This document shows positions 1 to 12,038 of a stretch of 64,000 nucleotides of DNA, piece after piece (the stretch's first letter is position 1; the number at the start of each line of letters is the position of its first letter). The stretch is from Octopus vulgaris. Lineage: Eukaryota. A program made the position numbers and the translations under genes. The stretch covers positions 103,540,001 to 103,604,000 of the forward strand of contig OX597815.1 of assembly GCA_951406725.2 (NCBI GenBank), given 5' to 3'. Below the pieces are notes generated by a model that saw only the letters and a program-made list of their open reading frames with translations, had not been told where the DNA came from and did not search any database.

Positions 1-734
1 AAGGACACTGTAACATAGTAAAAAGACTGAAGACAAAAATCTAATAATGGTGGAGATAAGCACAATCATGTATTTTTTGTGGATAAAGATATAGGACGGC
101 CCTCTTCATTCTAAAATGCAAGTCATATATATGAATGTCATAATAATTCCACTTTGAATATATCTTGTTAAAAGTTTCATTTTTTGTTGTCTATTCTAAA
201 GGCTTCAATGTTACTGTCAAACTATTTTAATAAATCGAACGATGACTTTATATTCAATGGAATGTCTGATTTAGCTTACTGCACATCCGTTTCGTAATAA
301 CGAAACGAGAATTTTCCTATTAAAGTTGAATTACCTTTCAGTTTATTCATTTGGAAGAATTTCAAAATAATCACCCGGAACAATTTCTTTTTTTACGAAA
401 ATTTCCTTCGATTCCTGGTTTAAATATCAGGATTCCCAATCTTGGCATTATTTTTCATGTTATTCTTTGAGATATTGCTGCCTTTTTTTATTTTGTTGTT
501 TCATATACGAGTGAATGGTAGTAATCATAACTTTTAATCATTAAATTTTATTTAAAAGAGATGGATGTGATTATAATGACTTTGAGTGCGACCTCTAGCA
601 GATGGAGTAATTGCGCCAAAGCTCCGTTGCGATATAATATGATCAAATTATTCAGTTAATTAAAAGAAATATGATGACGTCGACGACGACGCGAAAAGAA
701 ACATGATGATGATGATGGTGGTGGTGGTGGTGGA

Positions 735-3700
735 CAAGGACTGCGTAACAAGTGGGGAAACATCTGGGGTCGAAAGATCTGCTGCTGGAACATACTTTCA
801 AATAACCCTAATCCTAAACCAACAGTGACACTACCTAAAGCAAAACACATACAGGATTATAGAAATGTGTTGAAAACTTTCTATACAGCCAAACTAAACC
901 CAAACAATAACTTCATTGTATAAACATACACTTAATGGAGAAATTTAGTAGGCAATGAAGTGCGCAGATATATAGACGCAAATAAATTAAATAATGTATG
1001 TAGAGACGTAATTAAGAATAAAAGATTAACTGACGCTGAAATTATCAGAATTGGGACACAAATATCACATGATAGACCAAATGAAAACAACAACAATGCA
1101 GATGAAATTGGTGACAGATGCACAAAACCCAGTGTACGAGCAGCACTTCCCAACGAGGAAGCTGAATAAAGAATAGCGAAGAACAGATATGCGGTAAAAG
1201 AGGAGAAAGTAGACCTACCTCAATAACACGAAAATAGATTTGACACAGAATCTGAGGTGAATAACAAAGATATCATAAAAGCAAAAGAAGTTATTATGAG
1301 AGAACTCAGCAGGACTGAATTTACTGGCATGATCAATAGAGAACCGCTACCAAAGTTCTCAAACAGCATAAAAAATAAGAACACAACTATGACATATGAC
1401 GTTCTTTTTAGATTTAAAAAAATAAAGGAAATGACCTTAAACAACCTTATCTATTCCACTGCAAAAGTATCAGGGAAACACAAAAAATGGACTAACCATG
1501 TCAATAGACCGGCCAAGTGGAGAGTAGCAATACAAAAAGAGATCGAATTTTTGCAGGCGGATGTATCAGTTTTCGATGACCTTACTGAAGGAGTAAATGT
1601 TAAGACGAAACAAGCCAGAAAAATCAAGCAGAAATATTAAATCAAGGATTTTATAAACCTCCCTGCAACCAAGGAATTAGGGAAACAACGAATACAACTG
1701 AAAGTCCAACGTCTCAGAAGGCATGACAAAAAAAATCAAATTTTATCTACAAAATAAGGTATTCAAAATGGATGCAAAGAAATTATATAGGAAAACTGGC
1801 AAAAGCAAGATAGAAGTAAAGGAGCCACCTAAGCCTAATGAAGCGAAAGAGTTCTAGAAGAATACATAGAGCAACAAAAAAGAATATAATGCTGAAGCTC
1901 ACTGGATAGAACGTGAGAAACTGAGACTGGATGAAATTGAAGAGCAGAAATGGGAGGCAATAGGAGTAGAAGAACTAAGATATGTTCTTAGAAAGTCTCA
2001 CAAATGGAAAGCCCCAGGACTGGACCGGATCCCTAGTTTCTGGCTGAATTGTTTGACACAAGTACACCAATATTTTGCTGTATCACTAACTGATGTCATC
2101 CAGAACCCAGAGAAAATATCTGCCTGGCTGACCGAAGGAACAACATACCTGCCATCAAAAACTGGAGACACGAAAAGTCCAAAGAACTACCGACCAATAA
2201 CATGTTTTGACACTGCCAACAAGTTCCTCACATCGATACTGAAAGAACACACACGTTCCTTGAACAGAACTCTATCCTTCCACAAGCTCAAAAAGGTTGG
2301 TAAAGGAATTCTTATGGATGCTAAGATCAATTACTCATAAATATAATTATTGTAGAGAATTGCCGGAGAAACACGTAGATCCTGAGTATGGCATGGGTAG
2401 ACTACAGGAAAGCGTTTGATAGTGTCCCACATAATTTCAAAGACCTTAAGATATATAAGATTTCTACTGTCGTGTCCAAATTCTTACAAGATAGCATGGT
2501 TAAGTGGAATACACGTCTCCTTCTACAGCATAGTAATGGGATGAGCCAATCTTACAACATCAACATCAAACGAGCTATCTTCTAAGGTGACTCCCTCTCC
2601 CCATTACTCTTTTGCACGGTACTGATCCCACTCTTAAATGAACTGAGTAACACCAGGTATGGGTTCAAAGTGTATGATATTATAGTAAACCATCTATTTT
2701 ATATGGACGATCTGAAGCTGTTTGCTAAAAGTGACGATGGGCTAGTAGGGCTGTTAACTATTAAAGAAATCAGTAAATACATCGGGATGGATTTTGGCCT
2801 TGATAAATATGCTAAAGCAACGTGTGTAAGAGGTAAGCTCAAACAGAGCTTCCATTAAATTAAATACCGACACTACCATCAAGGAGCTTTACCCACAAGA
2901 AAGCTACAAATACCTGGGAACAAACGAAGGCGGGGGTATACAATGTGTTACTATGAAGGAAAATACGAAAGGCGTATTAAAAGAGATTAAGACTCATACT
3001 AAACACTGAACTCAACTCCAAAACTTGCATCAAAGCCATTAACAATTTGGCACTTCCAGTAGTCCGATACAGTTTTAACATCATTAACTCCAACGCCTGA
3101 AGAGGAAGCAATGAAGGCTACTAACATCTAAAAACATACACCACCCAAAAGCAGACGTCGATCATTTGTACCTACCTAAACGTGATGGGGCAAGAGGAAT
3201 GATGCAGGTAGGACTGTGCTGTAAGACCTCCACAATAACAATGAACAAGCTCTTATCTAGTACAGAGGACTCTATGCTGCGGCTTTTGTGTGCAAGCGCG
3301 AGAGCAGCAAAAGATCACATTCTATGGTCAAGGAAGCTTGCAAATTCGCAAGGAAATTCGTAATTAACCCTGAATTAGAAGAGGAACCTGAAACCACAGC
3401 CAACAAACAAGCAAAACTGATCAAAGAGACTGCAAAAAGGAACGGGCTGAAACATATTGAGGAGCGATGAAGCCAAAAGTCTCTGCATGGAAAGTATATA
3501 TTTCGAAGCCGAAATGCTGATGAAGACCAAGCAACAGTCCATCAGCGGCTGAAAAGCTCAGGACTGAAAGCAGAGGCTGAAAGTTTCATATTAGCGGCAC
3601 AAGATCAAAATCTACCCGGCTGACCAATACCTACCTGGCTAACACTCTTCAAAACGGTTCTGACTCTAAATGCATATACTGAGATAAAATTGATGAAACA

Positions 3701-4366
3701 ATAGACCATCTCATCTTCGGATGTCTTGTGCTGACACCAAACGAATACAAAAGTCGCCACGATAGGAAAGGACAGTATTTAAATTGGAAAATATGTAAAC
3801 AATACAAAGTCAGCACTCCTGCTTAGTGGAGCCAGTCGTTCAATGTAAAATTGTTACTATCTTCTGGGAGTTTCCAGTCAACACTGACAGAACGATCAAG
3901 GCTAATGGAGCAGACATAGTCATTAAAGACGGGGAAGAACATACTTGTAGGCCAATAGATGTTAGTGTTCCCACTGATAAAATTATATTTGTAAAGAAAT
4001 TTGACAAATTAAGTAAATATAAGGACCAGAATACATAAGATGTGGAACCTTAAAGCGAGAACTGTTATTGTGGGTGCCCTAGATATGATAGGAAAGGGAT
4101 GTCAGAAACAACTAGATAATATCCCAGGAGAACCATGTCTCAGAGAAATCCAAAAGACTGCGCTGACAAGTACTGCCCATATACTTTGAAAAACCCAATG
4201 AATGTAAATGTCTGTATTGAATTAAATGAAGGTATTTCGTTTCTGCTCCTGCCACTTCCTCTCCCCAAGCTTTCAATCATTTTGTAATATCTCTTATCCT
4301 TCACTCGCTCTAAGACGCTCGATATGTCTCGGCAAGGAATTTTAACAAACATGTAGGTTAAAAGTA

Positions 4367-4437
<71 letters not shown>
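735..4437 (+). mobile_element. Near full-length, decayed Dong/R4-clade non-LTR retrotransposon (single ORF: RT plus restriction-like endonuclease) with (TAA)n tail
   Basis: Ordered motifs across frameshifts and stops: N-terminal YIDANKLNNVCRDVIKNKRLTD; WKAPGLD; KNYRPITC; WVDYRKAFDSVPH; F*GDSLSPLLF; HLFYMDDLKLF; YKYLG; HHPKADVDHLYLP; LHGKY; AAQDQ; ETIDHL..GC; RHD; ADIVI..IDVSVP; K..KYKD. (AAT)n runs 4367-4437. The 5' end is approximate. Confidence 0.9.
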
Positions 4438-4439
<2 letters not shown>

Positions 4440-4993
4440 GCCCTGATGCAGTACCAGGCAGCGGCTCTCATGGCTTCTGATCTTAACTGATTGGAAGTGT
4501 TATCATGTACATTGTTTTGTCTTGGTATAAAAGATGGGCTACAGCAAATATTCTGCTCAATACCACAGATTTGCTTGTCAGTTGTTTGACTTTAACCAGT
4601 TGAGCATGTCCCTTAGTGGCTGACGATATGTGCATCTCTGATCACGAGCAGAAGTAGTGGGGGAGCATCATAGCCATGTGTTGAGAGGGATTCTTTGGGG
4701 TTTGAATAGTTCACCTCTGGAAACATGGGTGGTTCTTTCAACATCCTTAAACAACCCTTATTCAGGGACCGTTTGAGCGGGATGGGCTACTCAACCTGAA
4801 GAAAATTCTAACTGGGCCCCACCTGCAAGGTCATGTGCTGTTTATCTTCATATGAGATCACCATGTCGCGCACATATGGTTGTGATGCATGTGCCTGGTG
4901 TACCTTTATCAGACGGGTAGTCATGATGGGTATATTGGGCTTCATATATTTTACCCCAGTGTCACTTTGATGGCATGAACTGCTCTCTCACTC
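4438..4993 (+). mobile_element. 556-bp non-coding element bounded by (TAA)n on both sides; probable non-autonomous retroelement or LINE 3' UTR
   Basis: Sharp junctions with pure AAT tracts (4367-4437 and 4994-5058). More GC-rich than the flanks. No ORF of 60 aa or more and no obvious tRNA head. Confidence 0.6.
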
Positions 4994-5058
<65 letters not shown>

Positions 5059-5060
<2 letters not shown>

Positions 5061-5320
5061 GAGATGGACAAGAAACAATAAATCATATTTCTCTGGCTCC
5101 TAAGAAGGAATATATTCAGAAACACGACAGAGTTGGGACCTACATACACCGGATGCTATGCCAACGCTATGGAATAACAACAGAAAAAGATAGTATAGGC
5201 ATACGCCAGAAAAGGTCACAGAAAATGGGAAAGGAACAATGTTATGAGATATGCCAAAACACACAGAGAAATTAAGGCCAATAAGCCAGATATAGTTGTC
5301 AGAGATCATGAAGGAAAAAT
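5059..5320 (+). mobile_element. Fragment of a second Dong/R4-like LINE (zinc-knuckle/RLE region)
   Basis: Manual translation gives GQETINHI..KEYIQKHDRVGTYIHRMLCQRYG..EKVTENGK..*DMP..IKANKPDIVVRD, which matches the RHD..W..PD endonuclease segment. Confidence 0.8.
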
Positions 5321-5326
5321 GGTAAT

Positions 5327-5378
<52 letters not shown>

Positions 5379-6980
5379 TCTTTGTATAACTGATATTAAG
5401 TTAATCTGAGATGCAGTTTACTCTCTGCTGAAAATTCTTGCGGTTTACTGCTCAGTAGGTTACATACAGCGGGTTATGTGAGGGACATTGCATCTCAGTG
5501 TTCAGATTCAAAAGCTTTACTAAATTTGTCTAGTTTATTAAAAGACGTGCCAGATACGGAAAGATGTATTTCTTGAGTAATATTCGACAGGTTGTTCTGT
5601 ACTTGTTTCTAATTGGTTCTTTTAACCATTACCGCTAGAGATCTCTCAGTGATTTTTTTTTTACTTGTGAAATGTTTTCGTGATCCTAGCTGCATCTGAC
5701 AACGCAATTCCATTTGGCAGTATTTTGTAATCGGGAAGTTATATTTCTCTTCCTTGTTTAGCAGAGCAGAAAGAACGACTATTGACTTTACAAAAGTAAG
5801 GGCTTAAAGAGTTAATAGAGAAAACATGTTCACATCACTAATGCTGAATGAATTGATTTGAGAATTATATGGTTGATAGAAGTGACGATAATGGTGTCAT
5901 GGAAAGGATCGGAAACAAACAGTGTATAACGCTAAAACTGCAGAGAACAAACTGATAAATGAACAGGAAAGTATATTCAGAAAGTGAGGATGGAAATTCG
6001 GAATTAGCACACGCCCCTTCCGTAACATTTAATTTATTTAGTTATTTATTCATTTATCTATTTATTCATTCAAAATTTCTACGGATTTCTATGGCTTATG
6101 CTTTGGAGATTACGAGCTTGTAAAAAGAAAATTGTAATATTTCAATTCTTTGCCACAACCCTTCCTTAAAACTTTATCTAATTTTAATTTTGTCATTCTT
6201 TTCTATAATTTTGCCTTGAATCATTTTTTTAAACAGAAAATTACGATGATGATATTTTAAATATTTTTCCGTTTCGTTTCTCACCCTCAAATTTCTCCAT
6301 TAAGGTCGGATTTTTTTTCATTTCTGACCTTTAAAATTGTTTTCTGAATTATGTTTTGAACATAGTAGTTTATAAAACAAAAAATAAAACAAAACTTTCA
6401 CAAATTATGATTTTAACTCCATTTCCCGTAGTTTCTTTTTTTTTTTTTTGTAGGTGGGGTTATCTTCAGCAATTAATATTCGATAACACATTTTTTTAAA
6501 AAATTACCACTAAAAAACACAACGATACCTCTACCAACACACGCTTAATAATAAATTCTTACACAGTCATAGAATCAGTGGTACGATGGGTAGAAATAAT
6601 CGAATTAATCGATAACAGCGCTGAATAATGATTATTTATTGGAAGCATTCTTTCACTTTATGCAATGAAAGTAATCTCACTATTGACAGTGTGGAACATT
6701 TTTAATTTCAAATATGCAAAAAGAAAAAAAAGATTAGAAAAACATTCCGTCGCACTTTATATGTAATTCTGTCTAACAAAAAAAACCTTAAAGTTATTAT
6801 GAATAGAAATAAGTAATATCATTTTAAAGCCATGTTATAATTAATGTATCATATATCATATTTCAAGCTTAACAATTTCAGAGATATAATCAAGGCTGCC
6901 CGCATTATTAAACCTTGACCACTCAACAGTAAAGAAAATTCATCATGTTAAAGCACTATCATTAATTGCAGCCATGAAGG

Positions 6981-7027
<47 letters not shown>

Positions 7028-7110
7028 AGGTAACATAGAATAACTATCCACAGAAGTTATTTAATTATCGTGCGAGTGAGTTTTTTTTAACTTTTGAGCG
7101 TTACACTTAC

Positions 7111-7190
7111 CTCAACTTAAGCTTCCTGTTTGAGGTTAAATGAGTTGGACCTTGTCTCGAAACGCGTATTCACACAACCGATTCTCCTCC
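7111..7190 (-). other. Candidate small, probably non-coding, minus-strand exon
   Basis: On the minus strand a long pyrimidine tract precedes AG, then a unique CpG-containing island ends in a consensus donor GAG|GTAAGT (intron starts at 7110). All three frames contain a stop. Confidence 0.25.
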
Positions 7191-7298
7191 TGCTTCGTTT
7201 TCGGCGAGAGAGAGAGAGAGAGGTAGTAGATGAAGAAGAAAAAGAGAAAAAAGATGAAAAAGAAAAGGTATAAGAAGTAAAAGAGGAAAAGAAAATAA

Positions 7299-7299
<1 letters not shown>

Positions 7300-7329
<30 letters not shown>

Positions 7330-7416
7330 AGAAGAAGAAGAAGAAGAAGAAGAAGAAGAAGAAGAAGAAGAAGAAGAAGAAGAAGAAGAAGAAGAAGAAG
7401 AAGAAGAAGAAGAAGA
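7300..7416. repeat. (GAAA)n/(GAA)n microsatellite
   Basis: Seen directly; it is the source of the poly-S and poly-F ORFs. Confidence 0.95.
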
Positions 7417-7587
7417 GATCAAATTTCAAAAATAATAAAAAGCATTAAGAATAGGTTATGGGACTGGGATTTCAAAGAACGAAAAATTGAAATTTTGATG
7501 GTAATTTTTTATATTTTGTAGAATTATAATTTCTCACGTTTAAAGTATAGAATTCCGAAGAAATCTCTCTCTTTCCCTTTCTCTCTT

Positions 7588-7641
<54 letters not shown>

Positions 7642-7648
7642 ACACATG

Positions 7649-7691
<43 letters not shown>

Positions 7692-9443
7692 TTATATATA
7701 CATATATAGATATACATACATACATGCATATATACGCACTCATACGTATATATGTGAGTTCACATATGCACAAGGAAAAAGTATATGTCTATGTGTTTGT
7801 GTGAGAGTGTAATTGAAACAATTCCTGCTTTGAATGTCTACTAAAGTGTAAGTATATTGTCTATAAATTACATGCGTGTGTCGATATTTTGCAAATGAAT
7901 GAATGAGAATTGCTACCTAAGAAAATTACTCAGATGAATGAAAAAATTGCAATTTTTTTTTTTTTTGCTTTCATTGAAATCCTTTCTTTGCGTTAAAAAG
8001 TGTTTAAGTAGAGGGAAGGAAAAAATGTTTAAAGCAAAAACATTTACATATCACACTAACTCTGTATTTTTCTAATTAGAGGAGTAAGACGTAAATGAAA
8101 GTGTAGTAGTAAATTAATATCTCAGTATTAAATAAATGAATAAAAGTGTATGAAGCTCTGTCTACGACTCAAAATGTAAGGAAGTGGATGGTAAGAAACC
8201 TATTAGTGACATACTAATTAAATTGAATAATAACATGGTGTACGAAAAAAAATGTAAAAAAAATACACTAAGCATAACATTTTTACTACGAAACTTTGTC
8301 AATATCATGATCGAAACAGAAAGCATTCATTTATATATTCAAAGTCTCAATTTCAAACAAAGAACCACTATAACGACTATAGACAGCTCTTCACGTATTA
8401 TATTTAATTAGGAAATTAGAAATGATAAAGTTTTAATTTACATTTAGAGACAAAGTTTGCGGTATTAGCATCCGTAAAAACAGAGCTGACATACAGACAC
8501 ATATATACATGATGGAAGTAGCGGTAGTCAACTCGATTTCGATGATAGCCAATTTCTCATTTGAGCCAGATGGCTATAACAAGTTTCATAGCCTTTCTCA
8601 ATGGGTTTTAATTGTTTTAATTTTAAAGCAGGAGATAGTTTTCAAATTTTGCCAGTTATGAAACAGATATAGGTCCATAAAAGAGGAAGTGTCGTCATAG
8701 AAAGTATTAAAGCCTGCATGAATATGGCTCAACCAATCATCGCTGGCTGTTTTGTAATGACTCAGGCAGCAATCTTCAAAAGAGGTAAGCTATGTTTCCC
8801 GCCGAATATTTTGGCTGAAGATTCTAGAATGATGGTTAACAGCGATAAAAACATATATAATATATCAAATTCAACCTAACCAGTGAGCTACTTAACCGTC
8901 TAAGGGAGTCTATGTCGTTTGTTGCCACGAGGTTTTCTTTTAAATAACACTGCAGTAACCTCTACATGTAGCGTTCAGTAACGCATATTAAGTGTATTCA
9001 ATGCTGAATTCTCCTGTACCATCTTCATTATATTGTCCAGCAAGTTATATACACAAGACTCCTAAATGCTATATTCATTGAAGATTGATTCATTAATTTA
9101 TTAAAAGTGCATTTGTGAAACAACGATGCAGGCTAATAAAACATTTGAAAGCCCAACTTTTGTGTGGTCATTTTCTACAAATGCAAAATTTCTAGCTTGT
9201 GGACAGCCGAAGAATATATGAGGTTAATGAATATCTTTGTGAATGCTTTACCGGAAATCCATTAAAAAAACATACTCTTTTAAAAAATATGGAAGGATAA
9301 ACTCTCATTAAAACAGTCAATGATATTTATGACGTATGCAAGAACTGAAAGATAGTGAGGCTAAATCTTACTCAAAATACAGCCTATTCTTTTATGTACG
9401 TCTATGTCTTTCACTGTGGTGGGACATTTCTACATTGTAGATA

Positions 9444-10727
9444 CGAGGGACGTTCAATAAGTAATGCCTCTGACCCACTTGTAATTGTTTGATCTAGCTG
9501 AAATTTTGCATGTGCAATCATTTATATCTCTATAGAGTAAGTAGCAAATTACAGCTCTTTTGTGGTTTCTGATTTACAGGTGTTTGAACCGAGTCAAGTG
9601 TGAAATGGAGCCTGTTGAGTGTCGAGCAGTGATCCGGTTTTTGTATTTTAAAGGACGCACACCACGGGAGACTTTTGATGAAATGAAAGTAACTTATGGT
9701 GATGATGCCCCATCATATGACCTTGTAAAACGCTGGCATCGTGAATTCAAACATGGTCGGAACTCTGTGGAAACAGCTCCCAGATCTGGTCGCCCCTTCT
9801 GCACTTGATGAGGCATCTGTCCGTCAAGTTGAGGCTGACATTTTGGAAGATCGACGCATAATTATTCGCCAGATAGCCCATGAGGTCAAGATTAGTACCG
9901 GGTCTGTGGAAACTATCATTCATGACCATTTGCATATGCAAAAGGTGTCTGCCAGATGGATTCCCAGGCTGCTTACGCCTTTCCAGAAGCAAGAACGCGT
10001 TGAGTGCTCGAGAATGAATTTGGAGATGTGCCAAGAAGATGAGTCAAAGTTTTTCAAAAGACTGATTACACAGGATGAAACCTGGATCCATCACGATGAT
10101 CCAGAGACCAAAGCCCAGTCAATGCAATGGAAGCACCGTGACTCACCCCCTCCAAAGAAGGCAAGGGTGCAGCCCTCCGCTGGCAAGGTCATGCTCACAG
10201 TCTTCTGGGACCAGGACGGAGTAGTGATGACAGATTTCCTGGCAAAGGGTACCACAATTGCAGGAGCCTATTATGCTTCACTTTTGAGGAAATTAAGAGA
10301 AGTTATCAAAATCAAGAGGCGGGGCAAGATCAGCAAAGGCATCCTCTTCCTGCAGGACAACGCTCCGGTCCACAACTCGCTTGTCGCCAGATCAGAAGCA
10401 CAGGCGTATGGCTATGAACTCCTCTCCCATCCCCCTACTTTCCTGACCTTGCACCCTCTGAATTTCACCTCTTCCCAGTCATGAAGTTGTTTTTGAAAGG
10501 AAAGCGTTTCCCAGATGATGCAGCCTTGATTTCTGAAGTCACGTTCAGGTTGGAGGACCAAGCTGGGGTCTTCTACAAAAACGGTCTCCAGAGCTGCATC
10601 AAGCAATGGGAGAAATGCGTAACTCTGAGTGGTTCCTATGTAGAAAAGGACTAATAACTGTGCCAAGTTTCGTTGCTCTACTGCTATGGGAAGTGGGTCA
10701 GGGGCATTACTTATTGAACGCCCCTCG
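9444..10727 (+). mobile_element. Full-length mariner transposon, copy A (irritans/Bytmar-like TIR start)
   Basis: 37-bp TIRs CGAGGG(A/G)CGTTCAATAAGTAATGCC(T/C)CTGACCCACTT, TA duplications at 9442-9443 and 10728-10729, length 1284 bp. Confidence 0.97.
9605..10654 (+). pseudogene. Mariner transposase with two frameshifts
   Basis: MEPVECRAVIRFL..GRP, WIPRLL, TQDETW, LQDNAPVH, HPPY(F)PDLAPSE with 34-residue spacing. Ends YVEKD*. Confidence 0.95.
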
Positions 10728-11047
10728 TATTCCCGTTAGAAATATCACCTAAACCATTCAAAGATCATAATAAAAAAAAGCCATTTAAATCCATGTATAA
10801 AAGCATATTGTAAGCTAGAGCTGATAGAAATTGGAGACAAAATACCCCTTCAAATTACGCCCTACTGCCTTATGTCTATACATGTATAAATATGTGAGAG
10901 GCAATGCAGTGCATGTTCGCTGCATTTACTAGTAATAGAAACCAGATCTTTACATGGGGCCTGACTGAACAGAACACAAACACAAACAATATTCCGAATG
11001 AAGTCTTTTTATAGGCACTATACAGATAATAATTAATCTATGCATGT

Positions 11048-11262
11048 AGAAGCGCAATGGCCCAGTGGTTAGGGTAGCGGACTCGCACACGTAGGATCGT
11101 GGTTCCGATTTCCAGACAGGGCGTTGTGAGGGTTTATTGAGCGAAAGCACCTAAAGCTCCGCGATGCTCCGGCACGGGATAGTGGCGAAACCTGCTGTAC
11201 TCTTTCACCACAACTTTCTTTCACACTCTCTTCCTGTTTCTATTGAACCTGTATTTCAAAGG
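11048..11262 (+). mobile_element. tRNA-derived SINE (family 1)
   Basis: A-box TGGCCCAGTGG and B-box-like GGTTCCGATTTCC. Homologous to 45929-46223 (-). Confidence 0.85.
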
Positions 11263-11264
11263 TA

Positions 11265-11452
11265 CATTCTCGTTGCTTCTCCTTCTTTTTCACTTTAAGG
11301 TGTGGACGCATATTCAAAGTTTGGATTCTATACTGCTTATCTTAGTTGTTGAGAAACTAATTTACTCTAATTGCTATTAGTTTAAAATTACTAAAAATAA
11401 ATTCTATATTTAATATTATGTATTTGTACAGGGTGGTGGATTGGCAGAACCG
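11265..11452 (+). repeat. About 187-bp direct duplication, copy 1 (copy 2 at 13137-13322)
   Basis: Both copies read TTCACTTTAAGGTGTGGACGCATATTCAAAGTTTGGATT...TGTACAGGGTGGTGGATTGGCAGAACCG with only scattered substitutions. Confidence 0.9.
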
Positions 11453-11799
11453 GCAGCACTCAAATTACACCATTGTGTTGTCTACTTTAAATACATACTT
11501 TTGCATGAGTCTACGCGGGATGATGGTAGTATTGCTGTGAGAAGTAGTTGTGCAGTCAATCATCATTCTAGGGAATGCTCAGTCACAACACGAACACACA
11601 AGCATATGTTTCGAAAGAAGTGTTGTTGCTGATATAAAGTGTAAAAGTTAAAGACATTTTGTCATGATTAACCATAGGATCGCATCTTGAAAGTTTCCCA
11701 CTAAGGCACAAGGTCGTTTTATGGAAGACCATTAGTACCCATGAATACCAGTCTCCCTCTCCACCCCACAGATGTTAACCAAGATAAAGACAAAGACCA

Positions 11800-11945
11800 A
11801 TACAGCTTGGCACCAGCGATGTCGCTGGTCATTTCCAACGCGGAGCGAACTGGAGCAACATGAAATAAAGTGTCTTGCTCAAGAACTCAACCAGGAATCA
11901 AACTCACTACCTCGTGATTGTGAGCCCGACTTTCTAACTACTGAT
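11800..11945 (-). mobile_element. Degenerate tRNA-derived SINE (family 2)
   Basis: Minus strand: TAGTTAGAAAGTCGGGCTCACAATCACGAGGTAGTGAGTTTGATTCCTGG..TTGAGCAAGACACTTTATTTCA, a tRNA-like head followed by body. Confidence 0.65.
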
Positions 11946-11982
11946 ATATATCTATGTGTATGTATCTGTGTGTGTGTGTGTG

Positions 11983-12038
<56 letters not shown>

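Noticed and set aside
4438-4993. Known snRNA, snoRNA, 7SK or telomerase RNA identity for the TAA-flanked element
   Set aside because: I could not recognise Sm-site, terminal C/D-box or telomeric template motifs. An Rfam search is still needed.
8672-8790. Possible plus-strand exon or promoter (CCAAT, TGACTCA, GAG|GTAAGC)
   Set aside because: Short motifs like these are expected by chance, the acceptor is weak and the peptide is unrecognisable.
11048-11125. tRNA gene
   Set aside because: A and B boxes are present but there is no complete cloverleaf, and the sequence continues into a SINE body shared with 45929-46223.
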